Counted from the first letter of the stretch, positions 19,930 to 31,312 are shown. The stretch: 64,000 nucleotides of DNA from an uncultured Candidatus Rokubacteria bacterium (GCA_963789955.1 CAWBMV010000022.1:554471-618470), one strand, 5' to 3'. The notes: generated by a model not told the origin, from the sequence alone. A program made the numbers and translations.

Positions 19930-19990
19930 TACGCCTCGCGCGCGGCCTTCGGGCGGCGCCTCGCATCTCGACCTTTTTCGACAACCTGGA
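19862..19990. mobile_element. 129-bp MITE-like palindromic element
   Basis: Terminal inverted repeats TCCAGGTTGCCGAAAAAGG / CCTTTTTCGACAACCTGGA (18/19) with nested internal stems. Confidence 0.6.
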
Positions 19991-20012
19991 CTGCTTCGCA
20001 AACAGCCTGAGG

Positions 20013-21062
20013 CTACGGCTCGCCGAGAAAAGCGCGGAGGCGCCGCCATGCGACCCGCAGGCCGGCGATCACCGGAACCGAGAGGAACATCCCCGCCACG
20101 CCGGCCAGCTCGCCGCCCGCCAGCACGCCGAAGATCACGAGCGCGGGATGCAGCTCGACGCCGCGCCCCATGATGAGCGGGCTCGAGACGTAGTCCTGAA
20201 CGAGACGCCAGATCAGGATGAAGAGCGCCAGGAGCCAGGGGTGCTCGAACCCGCTGAACAGGGCGACCGACACGACGGTGATCCCCGCGGCGGCGGGGCC
20301 GACCACGGGCAGGAACTCGAGCGCCCCGCCGATCGCCGCGAGCACCAGCGCGTACGGGACGCCCGTGATCAGGAACAGCGCGGTCCAGACGACGAAGGTC
20401 AGGGCGCAGAGCAGGACCAGGGCGCGGACGTATTCTCCGAAGACGCTGTGCAGATCGCGGGCGATCGTCCTCGCGAGCCCGCGCCCCCCGCCCTCGTCGT
20501 CGATCGCGCCGGTCACCGAATTCGCGATCCGCTCGGCGTCGCGCAGGAAGAAGAACGCGAAGATCGGCACCATGATGACGACCCACGCGCCCGACAGCCA
20601 GCCCAGGGCGCCGGTGAGAGCATGCTGCGCGTACTCGACGACCTGCGGCAGGTGCGCTCGGACCATTTCGTCCAGGATCTCCGCGCCGGCCCAGTGCGGA
20701 AAAATGTTGCTGATCACCCGGCCGCTCTGGATCTGGGTCGAGATATCCGGGAACTTCTGGCCGAGCGCGGCCAGCTCGCGGCCGAGCCGCGGGCCGACCA
20801 GCGCGATCAAGGTGCTCAGCCCGGCGAGGACGACGAGATAGACCACGCCGATCGCCAGCGGACGCCGGCCCGAGCGCGGCAGGCCGCGCTCGACGAGCTT
20901 CACCAGCGGAAAGATCAGGTACGCGAGGACCACGGCGAAGATCAGCACCAGCAGGACCGTCCGCAAGAGATAGAGGAGCGCGAGGGCGCCGGCGACGACC
21001 AGGATGGTCCACACCACGCGCAGGGTCTTGAGATCGAGGATGCGGGGTGGCGCGGACGGCAT
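20013..21062 (-). CDS. AI-2E family transporter
   Basis: Multi-TM; LAYLIFP, YVRA, LEFLPVVGP, QDYVSSPLIMG, LHP, GMFLSVP. Confidence 0.88.
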   Translation of the reverse strand: MPSAPPRILDLKTLRVVWTILVVAGALALLYLLRTVLLVLIFAVVLAYLIFPLVKLVERGLPRSGRRPLAIGVVYLVVLAGLSTLIALVGPRLGRELAALGQKFPDISTQIQSGRVISNIFPHWAGAEILDEMVRAHLPQVVEYAQHALTGALGWLSGAWVVIMVPIFAFFFLRDAERIANSVTGAIDDEGGGRGLARTIARDLHSVFGEYVRALVLLCALTFVVWTALFLITGVPYALVLAAIGGALEFLPVVGPAAAGITVVSVALFSGFEHPWLLALFILIWRLVQDYVSSPLIMGRGVELHPALVIFGVLAGGELAGVAGMFLSVPVIAGLRVAWRRLRAFLGEP

Positions 21063-21092
21063 GGCCGGCACGATTCTAGACCAATACGGCAA

Positions 21093-22376
21093 TCAGCCGC
21101 GCTGCGGCTGGGCGGTCGCGGTCGGCTGGCGCCGGCGCTGCCACAGGCTCGCCCGCCATCTGATCCCGATCAGCAAGGTGAACACCAGCCCGACCAGCGA
21201 CAAGACGCTGATCGTCATCGGGTAGCCGATGCGCTCGATCAGGACGCCCGAGCTCATCAGGCCGAGCGGCATGCCGTAGATCGCGAGCGTCCGCACACCC
21301 ATCACGCGCGCCCGGAAGCGCTCGTCCGAGGCGTTGAGCAGATTGGCGGTCATCGCGATCATCGCGATGCTCTGGACGAAGCCCGCGACCACGAGCGCGA
21401 AGAGACCCGGGCCCATGCTCTGGAGGTGGCCGAAGGTCAATAGGATTGCGTACCAGACCGCCGTGTAGACCAGCACGGATCGCGCGAGCCGGCGTGGGCC
21501 GCCCGTCGCGACCGTGGCGATCGAGCCAAGGAGGCTGCCGAGCGCGAAGCTGGCGGCGAGCCAGCCGAGCCCGGTCGCGTCCACGAGGAAGATGCGCTTG
21601 GCGACGTAGGGCAGGAGCCCGCTCGAGATCGGATACGCCGTCAGGTTGATCAGGAACGCGAGCCACATCATCGCCAGCAGCTCGGGCGTTCTCAGGACGT
21701 AGAGCAGACCGTCCTTGAGCTCGCGGCGCCGCGACGGAACCAGCGCGACGTCGTGACCCTCCGCGGACGCCTCGCCGGGCGATCCGCCGGGATCGGGCGC
21801 CGGGCGCCTTCGCGCCACCTCCCACGTGAGCACGAGGCTGGCCGCGTAGAGGCTCGTCACCAGGACGTAGGTTCGCTCGATGCCGAGCAAGGTCGAGAGC
21901 TCGGCGCCGGCGAGCGCGCCGACCACCCGCGCCAGATCCATCGTGGCGCGCGACAGACCGACCGCGCCCATCAGGTGCGGCGGCGGAATCGTCTCGCCGA
22001 TGAGCGCGTTGCGGAGCACCTGATCGTTGGGGCGGACGATGCCGGCGAGCGCGGCGACCACGAACACCCAGCCCGGCGTCAGCCGTCCGGTCAGGGTCAG
22101 CACCAGGACACAGGCGGCGAGGACGGCGTAGATCGCGCGCATCGCCGAGAGCATCACCCGTCCGCCGAGCCGGTCCCCGAGCACGCCGAACATCGGCGAG
22201 GCGAGCGTGCCCAGAAGGAGCAGCGAGCCGAAGGCGGTGAGCAGCAGGACCGAGCCGGTCTGCACCATCACGTACCAGCCCAGGATGACCGTCTCCATCT
22301 CGAATGCCAGCGACGTGAGAAGGTCGGCGGGCCACTGGAAGCGGAAGCTACGGACGCGGAACGCGGCGGGTAGCAG
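21093..22376 (-). CDS. MFS transporter (start uncertain)
   Basis: About 12 TM; GVLGDRLGGR motif A, RARVMG; frame extends upstream to AFRVRSFRFQW. Confidence 0.82.
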   Translation of the reverse strand: MLPAAFRVRSFRFQWPADLLTSLAFEMETVILGWYVMVQTGSVLLLTAFGSLLLLGTLASPMFGVLGDRLGGRVMLSAMRAIYAVLAACVLVLTLTGRLTPGWVFVVAALAGIVRPNDQVLRNALIGETIPPPHLMGAVGLSRATMDLARVVGALAGAELSTLLGIERTYVLVTSLYAASLVLTWEVARRRPAPDPGGSPGEASAEGHDVALVPSRRRELKDGLLYVLRTPELLAMMWLAFLINLTAYPISSGLLPYVAKRIFLVDATGLGWLAASFALGSLLGSIATVATGGPRRLARSVLVYTAVWYAILLTFGHLQSMGPGLFALVVAGFVQSIAMIAMTANLLNASDERFRARVMGVRTLAIYGMPLGLMSSGVLIERIGYPMTISVLSLVGLVFTLLIGIRWRASLWQRRRQPTATAQPQRG

Positions 22377-22391
22377 GGTCGAGTACGGGCC

Positions 22392-23228
22392 TCAGCCGGC
22401 CAGGCGCTCGATGGCCGACACGTCGTCGGCCGAGAGCGCGAGATCGCGGCTCGCGAGATCCTGCTTCATGTGCCCATCGTCGGAGGTCCCGGTCAGCGGC
22501 AGCATGCCCACCGCGAGCGCGAACCGGAAGACGACCTGAGCGGGGGTCGCCCGCACGCGCGCGGCGATCTCGCCGACCTTGCGACTGTGCAGCACCTCGA
22601 CGTTGGCGGTGAGGAGCGAGAAGCCCTGATAGACGATGTTGTGCTCGCGGCAGAACGCGCGCACGTCGCGATCCCAGCCGACCCGGGCGAAGCATCGGTT
22701 CTGCACGAACGCCGGTGTCTCGGCGCCGGTCGCCATCATCTGGTCGAGATGGCGCAGCGACACGTTGCTCACGCCGAGCATCCGGGTGCGGCCGCCGTCG
22801 CGCTCCTTGACCATCGCGGCCCAGACCTCGGCGTCGTGCTCGGTCCAGCCGTAGCCGGACGCCGGACCGTGCAACACGTAGCTGTCGACGTGATCCGTTC
22901 CGAGGTGCTCGAGCGAGCTGGCCATCGACTGCGCGACCTGGGTCGACAGCGGGGCGGCCGGATCGTACGGGAGCCGATGGTCCTGCCCGCCCTCGTACGT
23001 GAACTTGGTCTGGAGGAAGAGATCGGCGCGCGTGACGAGGCCCGCGCGGTAGGCGGCGGCGAGCGCCTGGCCGACCCCCGCTTCGAAATAGTGGCGCCGC
23101 TGATTCGCGGTGTCGATCCCGCGGAAGCCCGCCCGCAGCGCCAGCTCGGTCAGCGCCGGCGTCCGGTCTTCCTTCCAGGCGGTGCCGTAGAGGAAATCGG
23201 GGGCGCGCGCTGGCTCCGTTGCCGGCAT
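22392..23228 (-). CDS. Aldo/keto reductase
   Basis: YGTAWK, GFRGIDTA, FLQTK, LHGP, LGVSN. Confidence 0.88.
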   Translation of the reverse strand: MPATEPARAPDFLYGTAWKEDRTPALTELALRAGFRGIDTANQRRHYFEAGVGQALAAAYRAGLVTRADLFLQTKFTYEGGQDHRLPYDPAAPLSTQVAQSMASSLEHLGTDHVDSYVLHGPASGYGWTEHDAEVWAAMVKERDGGRTRMLGVSNVSLRHLDQMMATGAETPAFVQNRCFARVGWDRDVRAFCREHNIVYQGFSLLTANVEVLHSRKVGEIAARVRATPAQVVFRFALAVGMLPLTGTSDDGHMKQDLASRDLALSADDVSAIERLAG

Positions 23229-23309
23229 GGCGTCATTCTGCCACGACCGCCGCGCCGTAGCCTTCGATTCCGGCTCGTGCTAACGTCCAGCGCGAGGAGC
23301 GATCCGGCC

Positions 23310-24387
23310 ATGAAGCTTTCGTTCTTCGAAACCGCGCGTTACCAGGCGTCGAAGCCCCTGCCGATCGGAGTGGCCGGTGCCGTCCGGCTCGTACGACCCC
23401 GAGGCGGGTGCCCGGGCCTATCGCGGGATGATCGAGCGGCTCGAGCTCGTCGAGGCGCTCGGCTTCGACTGGGTGAGCGTCTCCGAGCACCACTACTCGC
23501 CGCGAATCCTGACGCCGTCCCCGATCGTGTCCGCGGCGTTTCTGGCCGCGCATCTGAAGAAGATCAAGATCGCGCTGCTCGGCCCGATCATTCCGCAGAG
23601 CAATCCGGTGCGCGTGGCCGAAGAGATCGCGATGCTCGACACGATGGCCCAGGGACGCCTGATCGTCGGCCTGCTGCGCGGGACGTCGAACGAGTCGCTG
23701 ACCTACGATCTCAACCCGGCGGAGGCGCGCGAGCGGACCGACGAGGGCATGGAGCTGGTTCTCAAGGCGTGGACGGAGCCGCAGCCGTTCGGCTGGCAGG
23801 GACGACACTACCGCTACCGCACGATCTCGATCTGGCCGCGCCCGCTGCAGCAGCCGTATCCGCCGACGTTCGCGCTCGGCACGAGCCGCGAGTCGTGCGA
23901 CTTCGCGGCGCGTCACCGTCTCGGCTGCGGCGTCTCCTACGGCTCGTTCGAGAGCGTGGGCAAGGCCACGCGCTACTACCGGGAGCGGTGCGCGCACTAC
24001 GGCTGGCAGCCGTCGCCGGAGCAGATCATCTACCGGGCGAACATGCTGCTCGCCGACTCCGACGACGAAGCCCAGGAGGCGCTGCGCAAGCTGCCGGGCC
24101 AGGCGCCGTTCACCATGCGGCCCGGCGTGCGCGACGCGATGATGACGCTCGATTCGCGCAACATCGCCGGGGAGGCGCGGGCTCCGATCGTGAGCGGCGC
24201 CTTGCCGACGACGTTCGTCGGCAGTCCCGACACGGTGGTCGAGCAGGTGCGCCGCTGCCGCGACGTGGTCGGGGCCGGCGTGCTCGACCTGTCGCTGCAC
24301 CCGCCCGGGTCCAGCAGCCTCGATCCGCTCATGCGCGCGCTGGAGCTCTTCGGCAAGAAAGTGCTCCCGCGGATCCGCGACATCTAG
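23310..24387 (+). CDS. LLM-class flavin-dependent oxidoreductase (frameshift near 23368)
   Basis: MKLSFFE..., GFDWVSVSEHHY, NPVRVAEE, WPRPLQQP. Confidence 0.85.
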
Positions 24388-24399
24388 AGAGGCGCCGAC

Positions 24400-25195
24400 A
24401 TGGCCGACACCGCATTTCGCGAAGGACACGTCGACGCCGACGGCTTCCGGATCCGCTACATGCAGGCGGGCGACGGCGTTCCGCTCGTCCACCTGCACGG
24501 CGCCGGCGGATTACGGCTGACGCCCGCGCACGATCTCCTGGCTCGCCAGTGTCCGCGTCGTGGCGTTCGAGATGCCGGGCTTCGGCGACTCGCCCGTGAA
24601 CACGCGTACCGAGACCATGGCCGAGATGGCGTCGACGATCGTGCGCGCGATCGACAAGATCGGCCTCGACTCCTTCAACCTGATGGGCACGTCGTTCGGC
24701 GGGAAGGCGGCGCTGTGGGTGGCGCTCCAGGCCACCGGGCGCGTGCCGGCGCTCGTGCTCGAGGCGCCGGCGGCCATTCGCCAGGAGGGCGCCGCGCCGC
24801 CGTCGGGGACACCCGAGGAGATCGCGCGACGCCTCTACGCGCACCCGGAGCGGATGGCGTCGATCCCTCCGATCGATCCGGCGGCCCGGGCGAAGGCTCA
24901 GCCACTCGTCCAGCGGCTGCTCGGACCGCACCGTGATGCGGATCTCGAGAGCCGGCTCCAGGATCTCTCGACGCCGACGCTCGTGCTGTTCGGCACGCTC
25001 GACGGTGTCATCGCGCCGGCGATGGGCAGGATCTACAAGGACCTGATGCCCAACTGCCATCTCGTCTTCGTGTACGACGCGGCACACGCCATCAGCACCG
25101 ATCGCCCGGAGGCGTTCACCGAGGTCGTGGTCGATTTCCTCGAGCGTCATGAGGCGTTCGTCATCAGTCGCGCGGAGACGGTGATCCACCCCTAG
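24400..25195 (+). CDS. Alpha/beta hydrolase (frameshift near 24550)
   Basis: HLHGAGG, PGFG, GTSFGG, GTLD, AAH. Confidence 0.82.
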
Positions 25196-25210
25196 GAATC
25201 CACCTCGTCG

Positions 25211-26791
25211 ATGAGGAGGATCGCAATGGCTCGCCTGTCGTCACTCGTATCGCTGACCGCCGTCCTCCTGGCACTCGCGTGCTCCGCGTCGGCTCAGGTC
25301 ACGCCGCCGGCGCGCACGGACACACCGGCGGGGCGGTCCGACGCGCCCGCCGGTCAGGTCACGTTCGCCGTGACCGTCACGCTCGCGCCCACCTGGTTCG
25401 ATCCGGCCGAAACGCCGGGCGTGATCACGCCGTTCCTCACGCTCTACGCGCTCCACGACGCGCTGGTGAAGCCGATGCCCGGCAACGCATGGGCGCCCTG
25501 CCTGGCCGAGTCGTGGACGATGTCGAAGGACGGCCTCGCCTACGAGTTCGTGCTCCGCAAGGGCGTGCGGTTTCACAACGGCGATCCGCTGACCGCCGAG
25601 GACGTGAAGTTCTCGTTCGAGCGCTACAAGGGCGGGGGTGCGACGACCTTGAAGGCGCGCGTGGCGGCGGTCGAGGTCGTCGATCCGCTGCGCGTGCGGT
25701 TCCGGATGAAGCAGCCGTGGCCCGACTTCATGACGTTCTACGCGACGCCGGCCACCAGTGCGGCCTGGATCGTGCCCAAGAAGTACATGGAGCGCGTCGG
25801 CGACGACGGCTTCAAGAAGGCTCCGGTCGGCGCGGGGCCGTACCGCTTCGTCTCGTTCAATCCCGGCGTCGAGCTGGTCATGGAGGCCTACGACGGGTAC
25901 TGGCGCAAGACACCGTCGGTGAAGCGCGTGATCCTCAAATCCGTCCCGGACGAGTCCACTCGCATGGTGATGGTCAAGCGCGGTGAGACGGACATCGCCT
26001 ACGGGCTTCGCGGTCCGGACGCGGAAGAGGTGCGGCGCTCCCCCGGTCTCACGCTGAAGGTGGTACTGCCGACGGTCAGCCAGTGGCTCACGTTCACCCA
26101 GCAGTGGGATCCGAAGTCGCCGTGGGCGGACCAGCGCGTGCGGTTGGCCGTGAATCTCGGCATCGATCGCAAGACGTTCAGCGATGCCGAGTACCTCGGG
26201 CACGGCCGGCCGGCGCCGTCGATCATTCCACGCGACTTCGAGTTCTACTGGGCGCCGTCGGCCTATCCCTACGATCCGCCCCGGGCGAAGAAGCTCCTGG
26301 TCGAGGCGGGCTATCCCAAGGGCTTCGATGCCGTCGAGGTCGCCACCGACGTGGTGTTCGCGCCCGAGGCCGAGGCCGTGGTCAATGGTCTGCAGTCGAT
26401 CGGGATCCGCGCGCGCCTACGCCCGATGGAGCGCGCGAGCTTCTACAAGGCCGACCAGGAACGGCAGTTCAAGTACCTGGTGCGCGTCGGCAGCGGCGCC
26501 GCGGGCAACGCCGCGACGCGGATCGAGGCGTTCGTGATCTCCGGCGGGATTCGCTCGTACGGCGGCTATCCGGACATCGACGCGCTCTTCCGCGATCAGG
26601 CCGGCGAGATGGATCCCAAGCGCCGCGAGGCGCTGCTCCAAAAGATCCAGCAGCTCATGTACGAGCGCGCCATGTTCGCGCCGATCGTGGAGCAAGCCGG
26701 ACTGATCGGCGTCGGGCCCCGGCTGGCCGAGGTGCCGACCATTACGGGGCACCCGTTCGTCTCGCCGTACGAGGACCTCAGGCTCAAGTAG
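25211..26791 (+). CDS. ABC transporter substrate-binding protein, family 5
   Basis: Signal peptide; LAESW, FHNGDPLTAEDVKFS, PVGAGPY; no cognate permease adjacent. Confidence 0.9.
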   Translation: MRRIAMARLSSLVSLTAVLLALACSASAQVTPPARTDTPAGRSDAPAGQVTFAVTVTLAPTWFDPAETPGVITPFLTLYALHDALVKPMPGNAWAPCLAESWTMSKDGLAYEFVLRKGVRFHNGDPLTAEDVKFSFERYKGGGATTLKARVAAVEVVDPLRVRFRMKQPWPDFMTFYATPATSAAWIVPKKYMERVGDDGFKKAPVGAGPYRFVSFNPGVELVMEAYDGYWRKTPSVKRVILKSVPDESTRMVMVKRGETDIAYGLRGPDAEEVRRSPGLTLKVVLPTVSQWLTFTQQWDPKSPWADQRVRLAVNLGIDRKTFSDAEYLGHGRPAPSIIPRDFEFYWAPSAYPYDPPRAKKLLVEAGYPKGFDAVEVATDVVFAPEAEAVVNGLQSIGIRARLRPMERASFYKADQERQFKYLVRVGSGAAGNAATRIEAFVISGGIRSYGGYPDIDALFRDQAGEMDPKRREALLQKIQQLMYERAMFAPIVEQAGLIGVGPRLAEVPTITGHPFVSPYEDLRLK

Positions 26792-26792
26792 C

Positions 26793-27815
26793 TCAGAGCC
26801 GATAGATGCGCGCGGCCGTGTCGTGGAAGAGCTTGGCCTTTTCAGCGGCCGAGAAGCTCGCCGTCAGGCGCTTGAACGAGTTCCAGAGCACCGTGTAGCT
26901 GCAGCTCGCCATGTCGACCGGGAAGTTGGACTCGAACATGCAGCGCTCGGCGCCGAACTTCTCGATCGTGAAATCGTAGTAGTGCCGGGTCGCGTCGCAG
27001 AGCTCCTGGCTGCCCGGCGGGCGCGAGCGCTCGTGCCAGCCGAAGCCGTTGATCTCCATGTTGATCCCGCCGAGCTTGGCGACGACGTTCGGGCAGGTGG
27101 CGAGCTCGCTGATCGACTTCTTCCACTCGGCGTAGATGTCCTTGGCGCGGCCGGCGTACGGGCCGATGCCGAGCGGGCCGCCGAAGTGGTTGAGGATGAT
27201 GGTGGTGGAGGGAAACGCGCGCGCGAGCGAGGTGACGTCCGGGATCTGGTGATGATAGAGCCACGCCTCGAAGGTGAGCTTGCGCGGCGCCAGCTGCTTG
27301 AACCCCACGCGGAAGTCGTCACGCAGCAGCAGGCCCTGTCCCGGGTTGGTGCGATGGCTCGGCACGGCCTGATTGGGGTCCCACGCCGCGCCCAGACGAA
27401 TGCCACGAAATCGGCCGCCGCCCGCGGCGATCTGCGCGTCGAGCACGGCGCCCACGGCATCGCCCAGGCGAAGATTGGCCGTGCCGATGATGCCGGCCGC
27501 GATGCGCGTCTTGCCGTAGAGCCCGGAGGCGCTCATCGCCGCGATCCCGTTCACGAACTCGGTCTCGCCGACCGGGCGCAGCGCCTCCGGCCCGTCCTGC
27601 TTGAACATCGCCCCGCACTCGATGAACACCGTCGACACGATGTTGTGGCCGGCGCTCACGTCGGCCACGATCTCGTCGATCAGATAGCGCGATGCGGTGC
27701 GCGCGGTGTTCTGGTCCCAGAGGTGGTGATGCGGGTCGCAGATCGGCAGATCGGGTTCGAGCGCGGGCTCGACGGTCTGGGCGAGCCAGTCGTGGTTCTT
27801 CGAGCGTGCCGTCAT
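26793..27815 (-). CDS. Amidohydrolase family protein (lactonase-like)
   Basis: DPHHHLWD, FRGIR, LNHFGGP, MFESNFPVD. Confidence 0.85.
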   Translation of the reverse strand: MTARSKNHDWLAQTVEPALEPDLPICDPHHHLWDQNTARTASRYLIDEIVADVSAGHNIVSTVFIECGAMFKQDGPEALRPVGETEFVNGIAAMSASGLYGKTRIAAGIIGTANLRLGDAVGAVLDAQIAAGGGRFRGIRLGAAWDPNQAVPSHRTNPGQGLLLRDDFRVGFKQLAPRKLTFEAWLYHHQIPDVTSLARAFPSTTIILNHFGGPLGIGPYAGRAKDIYAEWKKSISELATCPNVVAKLGGINMEINGFGWHERSRPPGSQELCDATRHYYDFTIEKFGAERCMFESNFPVDMASCSYTVLWNSFKRLTASFSAAEKAKLFHDTAARIYRL

Positions 27816-28000
27816 GGCGGGTCGTCTCCCTCGCGTCGCGTCATTCGTCGGTCCGGGCGCCACGCGCGCCCATGATGCGCCAGTCGCCCGGCCGACCGCA
27901 AACGGGTGTGGAGCCCCTGAATGCGCGCGATGTCGCCGGACCGCCGCTCCGAACGTATAATCCGGAGGAGCGCACAACTCGACGCGCCAGGAGGCGGACG

Positions 28001-28426
28001 ATGGCGGTGCAGACCTCACGAGAGCCGATCCGACCGGTGACGGGAACGCACGTGTTCCGGATTCAGCACGAAGGGATCGCGACGGCCGACGCCGAGCGGT
28101 CGAAAGACTTCTATTGCCGGGTGTTCGGGTTCCAGGTGCTGCCGCGGCCGGCGTTCACGTCCGGCGGTTACTGGCTCGGCACGCCCGGGATCTTTCCGCA
28201 GATTCACATCATCCAGTCGCAGATGCAGCCGCCCGGGGCCGCCGCGCCGATCAGCCCGCTCGGCCGCCACACGTGCTTCGAGGTGGTCGACTACGAGGCG
28301 ATGAAGGCCACGCTCGAGCGCGAGGGCATCAAGTACGTCGAGAACACGCAGCCCGGCGGGCGCGTGCAGATGCTGTGCAACGACCCGGACGGTAACACCC
28401 TGGAGTTCCAGCCCGCGACGGTGTGA
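28001..28426 (+). CDS. VOC/glyoxalase family protein
   Basis: HEGI...[19 protein letters not shown]. Confidence 0.85.
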   Translation: MAVQTSREPIRPVTGTHVFRIQHEGIATADAERSKDFYCRVFGFQVLPRPAFTSGGYWLGTPGIFPQIHIIQSQMQPPGAAAPISPLGRHTCFEVVDYEAMKATLEREGIKYVENTQPGGRVQMLCNDPDGNTLEFQPATV

Positions 28427-28456
28427 TCGCGGGTCTCCTGGTCGGCGCGCCAGGCC

Positions 28457-30053
28457 TCAGAGGCCCGACGCGTCGACCAGGCCCGCGACGTCGTTGACAT
28501 TGACCCAGCCGCCCCGACCGTAGACCACCCGCACGGAGTGCCCGGCGGCGAGGACCCGGTTCAGCAGATCTCTGAGGGCCGCGCGGGCGGAGGCTGTCGT
28601 CGGCACGCGCCGCGCGAATGGCGTCCACGAGCCAGACAGCGCCGTCGCGGCCGAGATGCATGAGCCCGATCCACACCCCGTGGCTTTCCGCCGGCATCAC
28701 GGCATCGCCGACGGCGCGCAGGCGTGTCTCGTCGAAGCTGAAACGGCCGCTGTCGGCACGATCGGCGAGGACGCGGTCGGTGTCGGCGGTGCCGGCGAGC
28801 GCGCTGTCCACGGCGAGCGTGATTCCGTCTCCCGCCTCCTCGAGCAGCGCCTGGATGATGTGACGCTTCAGCACGATGTCGCCGAACGAGATCAAGGTGC
28901 CCGGGCCGAGGTCGGCCTCGGTGAGCGACAGCGAAAACGCTTCGCCCGTCGATGCGAAGTCCGCATTGTCGACGAAGCGCGCGCCCGGCACGTCGATGGC
29001 CTCGGCGCGATGGCCGCGCACGACGACGGCGTTGCGGCCGCCGAACGCGGCGAAATCGTCGAGGAGCCGGGCCAGGATGGGCCGGCCCTGTACTCTGAGC
29101 ATCGCCTTGGGGACGCGCGCCGTGAGCCCGCCGAAGTCCGTGCCCTCGCCGGCCGCCAGCACGACGGCCGAGAGCGATTCGCGCGCCGGCAAGTAGCGCC
29201 GCTCGGCCTCGGCCAGCTCGGCGTCGCCCTGCAGCCGGAACACCTCGTGGAGCGGTGCCACCTGCGGCTCGACGGCCAGGAGCGAGTCGTCCGCGCGAAG
29301 GCGGCGCGCCGTCGCCTGCATCGCGGTGATCGAAGCCCTCAGCAGATGGTTCGCCCAAATCACCGTGCTGACCCGCCGCGCGCGGAAGTCCTCGGTCGAG
29401 GTGCGCCAGTAGGTGGTCGGGACGAGCACCACGGGTGAGCGGTTGCCCCATTCCTCGAGGAACGCGAAGATCTCTGCCGGGCTCGACTGACGCGAGTGGA
29501 TCAGGATCGCGTCGGCGCCGGCCGCGTGGTAGGCCTCGGCGCGCTTGAGCGCCTCCGGAAGACCCCAGCCCGCGATCAGCGCTTCCACGCGGGCGATCAG
29601 CACGAAATCGGCATCGCGCTGGCTGTCCTTGCCCGCCTTGATCTTGCCGCAGAATTCCCCGATGTCGGCGAGCGGCTGGAGCTCCGAGCGCAGGAACGAG
29701 TTGGTCTTCGGGAAGAGCTTGTCCTCGATCACCACGCCGGCCACGCCGACCTGCTCCAGCTTCCGGACGAGGCGGCGCATGTTGTTGAAGTTGCCGTAGC
29801 CGGTATCGCCGTCGAGCAGCACCGGCACCGCGCACGCCTCGGCCATGAACGCGACGTGATCGACGACCTGCGTCCAGCTGAGCTCGTTGTTGTCGCGGAC
29901 GCCGAAGGAGGCGGACAAGGTGAGCCCGCTCGCCCAGATTCCCTCGAAGCCCGCTTCCTCGGCGACGCGCGCGGAGAGCCCGTCATGGGCTTCCATCAGG
30001 AATGCGATCTCGGGGCGGGTGACCAGGCGCCGGAGCTCGGTGGTGGTGCGCAT
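28457..30053 (-). CDS. pepM: Phosphoenolpyruvate mutase fused to C-terminal nucleotidyl(cytidylyl)transferase (frameshift near 28585)
   Basis: [26 protein letters not shown] (PepM EDKxxxxxNS signature), WANH; then LAAGEG...PKAML; shifted end [13 protein letters not shown]. Confidence 0.9.
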
Positions 30054-30070
30054 GGGGTGATGGCCCTCCG

Positions 30071-31237
30071 TTACGCTCGAATGGTCGCTCGGAAGCGATC
30101 GCGGAGCTCGTGCGGTGTGTAGGGGATGCGGGGGACCGACGCTTCCTCCGTGGTTACTTTCGCCAGAATGAAGTGCGGGCCGTCGCTCTCGAGCGCCGTC
30201 CGCACCGCTCCGGTGATCGCGTCGGCGGCGGTCACGGAGGCCACGGTCCGGTAGCCGGCCGCGGCGGCCAGCCGGTCGAGTCGAATCTCGGCGCTGAGCG
30301 ATCGCTGGCTGCCCGTCGAGCCATAGACCTCGTTGTCGAGGACGATGTGGACGAAGCGCCTCGGTTGCAGCGCCGCGACGAGCGGAAGGACGCCGAGGTT
30401 CATCAACAGATTCCCGTCGCCGTCGAGCACGACGGTCGCCCGGTCGCGGTCCGCGAGCGACAACCCGAGACCAATCGCCGAGGCCAGCCCCATGGAGCCG
30501 ATCATGTAGAAATTCTCCGGCCGGTCGCCCAGCGAGAAGGACTCGCGGCACATATATCCGTTCGCGTGGATCACGGGCTCGCGTCCGAGAGCCTTACGCA
30601 CGGCGGCGATCGCGTCCCGTCTCGAGATCTGAGGCGTGAGGACCGGAGGCGTCGCGATCGGCCGCGGATCCGCGGGCGCCGTCGCGGTGCTCGCGCTCGG
30701 CCGAGTGGGGTCGGCCGCTCCGTGCCCAGCGTGGCCGATCTCGACAACTCCCGGCGGCACGAGGAGCGCGACCGGCTGCATCGCCCGGTCCATCGTCTCC
30801 ACCGTCCAGGCGAGATCGGCCTCGAGCGTATCGGCGCTGAGTACCCGATGCGGAATTCTGAGCAGCTCGAGCAGCCCGGGCGAGATCTCGCCGGTCAGGA
30901 TGTGCTCGGGCGCGTCCTTGCCGAGATGACCGCGCCAGGTGATCAGCAGCAGGGCCGGCAAGCCGTACATGAGCGCCAGCGAGGCGAGCGCATTGAGGCT
31001 GGTGCCGAGGCCGGAGTTCTGCATCAGGACCGCGGGCCGTCGACCGGCGAACCACGCCCCGGCAGCCAGTCCAACCGCGACGTCTTCGCGCGGCACCGGA
31101 ATATAGGGCAGGCGCGGGTGCGCCTGGAGCACGGCGATCAGATCCTCGATCAGCGAGCAGGGCACGCCGGCGAAGAAGTCGAATCCCCGCCGTTCGAGGA
31201 GCAAGGCGAGCTCGGACCCGGCGACCGTCACGGCCAT
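30071..31237 (-). CDS. ppd: Phosphonopyruvate decarboxylase (ThDP-dependent)
   Basis: [35 protein letters not shown]...DN; directly upstream of pepM. Confidence 0.85.
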   Translation of the reverse strand: MAVTVAGSELALLLERRGFDFFAGVPCSLIEDLIAVLQAHPRLPYIPVPREDVAVGLAAGAWFAGRRPAVLMQNSGLGTSLNALASLALMYGLPALLLITWRGHLGKDAPEHILTGEISPGLLELLRIPHRVLSADTLEADLAWTVETMDRAMQPVALLVPPGVVEIGHAGHGAADPTRPSASTATAPADPRPIATPPVLTPQISRRDAIAAVRKALGREPVIHANGYMCRESFSLGDRPENFYMIGSMGLASAIGLGLSLADRDRATVVLDGDGNLLMNLGVLPLVAALQPRRFVHIVLDNEVYGSTGSQRSLSAEIRLDRLAAAAGYRTVASVTAADAITGAVRTALESDGPHFILAKVTTEEASVPRIPYTPHELRDRFRATIRA

Positions 31238-31312
31238 AAGTCTATCGCGGGCATACCGGCCGGCACCCACTTTGGGACTTGAGGCTTGTCAGGAGGCCCG
31301 GGACTCCCCAAA

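Noticed and set aside
22376..22394. In-frame TGA between the aldo/keto reductase and MFS as possible readthrough or Sec
   Set aside because: TGA falls at the natural AKR C-terminus with no redox motif or clear SECIS; a non-ATG MFS start is simpler.
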